From assembly GCA_002361735.1 (NCBI GenBank), contig DETS01000011.1, positions 18,539-82,538 on the forward strand: DNA of 64,000 nt. Direction: 5' to 3'. The DNA comes from Lachnospiraceae bacterium UBA3282. GTDB taxonomy: Bacteria > Bacillota > Clostridia > Lachnospirales > Lachnospiraceae. Below the pieces are notes generated by a model, which was given only the letters and a program-made list of their open reading frames with translations, ran no database searches and was not told the DNA's origin. How positions within the stretch are numbered: position 1 is the stretch's first letter; each line of letters begins with the position of its first letter. Positions 63,981 to 64,000 of this stretch are shown here, in pieces. The position numbers and the translations under genes are program-made.

Positions 63981-64000
63981 TTATATACCCAGATACAAGA
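63981..64000 (-). CDS. 3' end of an upstream ORF (identity not determinable; plausibly the next pilus-locus gene)
   Basis: The minus-strand frame reads ...LYLGI then TAA at 63983-63981, 22 nt before the pilC ATG. Only 6 codons are visible. Confidence 0.3.

Overview
This looks like a Firmicutes/Clostridia-type chromosome segment (by gene order, resembling Lachnospiraceae). Every credible gene is on the minus strand. Reading the minus strand from high to low coordinates gives four blocks. (1) 63958-43964: a type IV pilus-like locus. It runs PilC, a ~0.85 kb AT-rich two-gene insert, major pilin, PilD, a PilM-PilN fusion and PilO. Four very large proteins follow, three with prepilin-type N-termini and one PilX-type (525, 879, 191, ~1027 aa). 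The locus ends in a ~1873-aa proline-stalk protein. (2) 43701-37877: housekeeping genes comM/yifB, dprA, topA and codY. (3) 37786-5044: a near-complete fla/che operon running flgB-flgC-fliEFGHIJ-ylxF-fliK-flgD-flgE, flbD-motAB-fliLM-fliY-cheY-fliOPQR-flhBAFG-pilZ-cheBAWCD-sigD. (4) 5026-1: a poorly characterised operon tail with FapA, three hypothetical genes and a truncated Cache-type MCP. I found no rRNA, tRNA, CRISPR array or transposase. The most unusual content is the oversized pilin block with its giant terminal protein. Also notable are the low-GC JAB-like insert inside the pilus locus, a G12 tract in front of pilD, and a strongly structured spacer after fapA. All functional calls come from reading motifs in the translations. 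No database search was possible, so family names are hypotheses to confirm.
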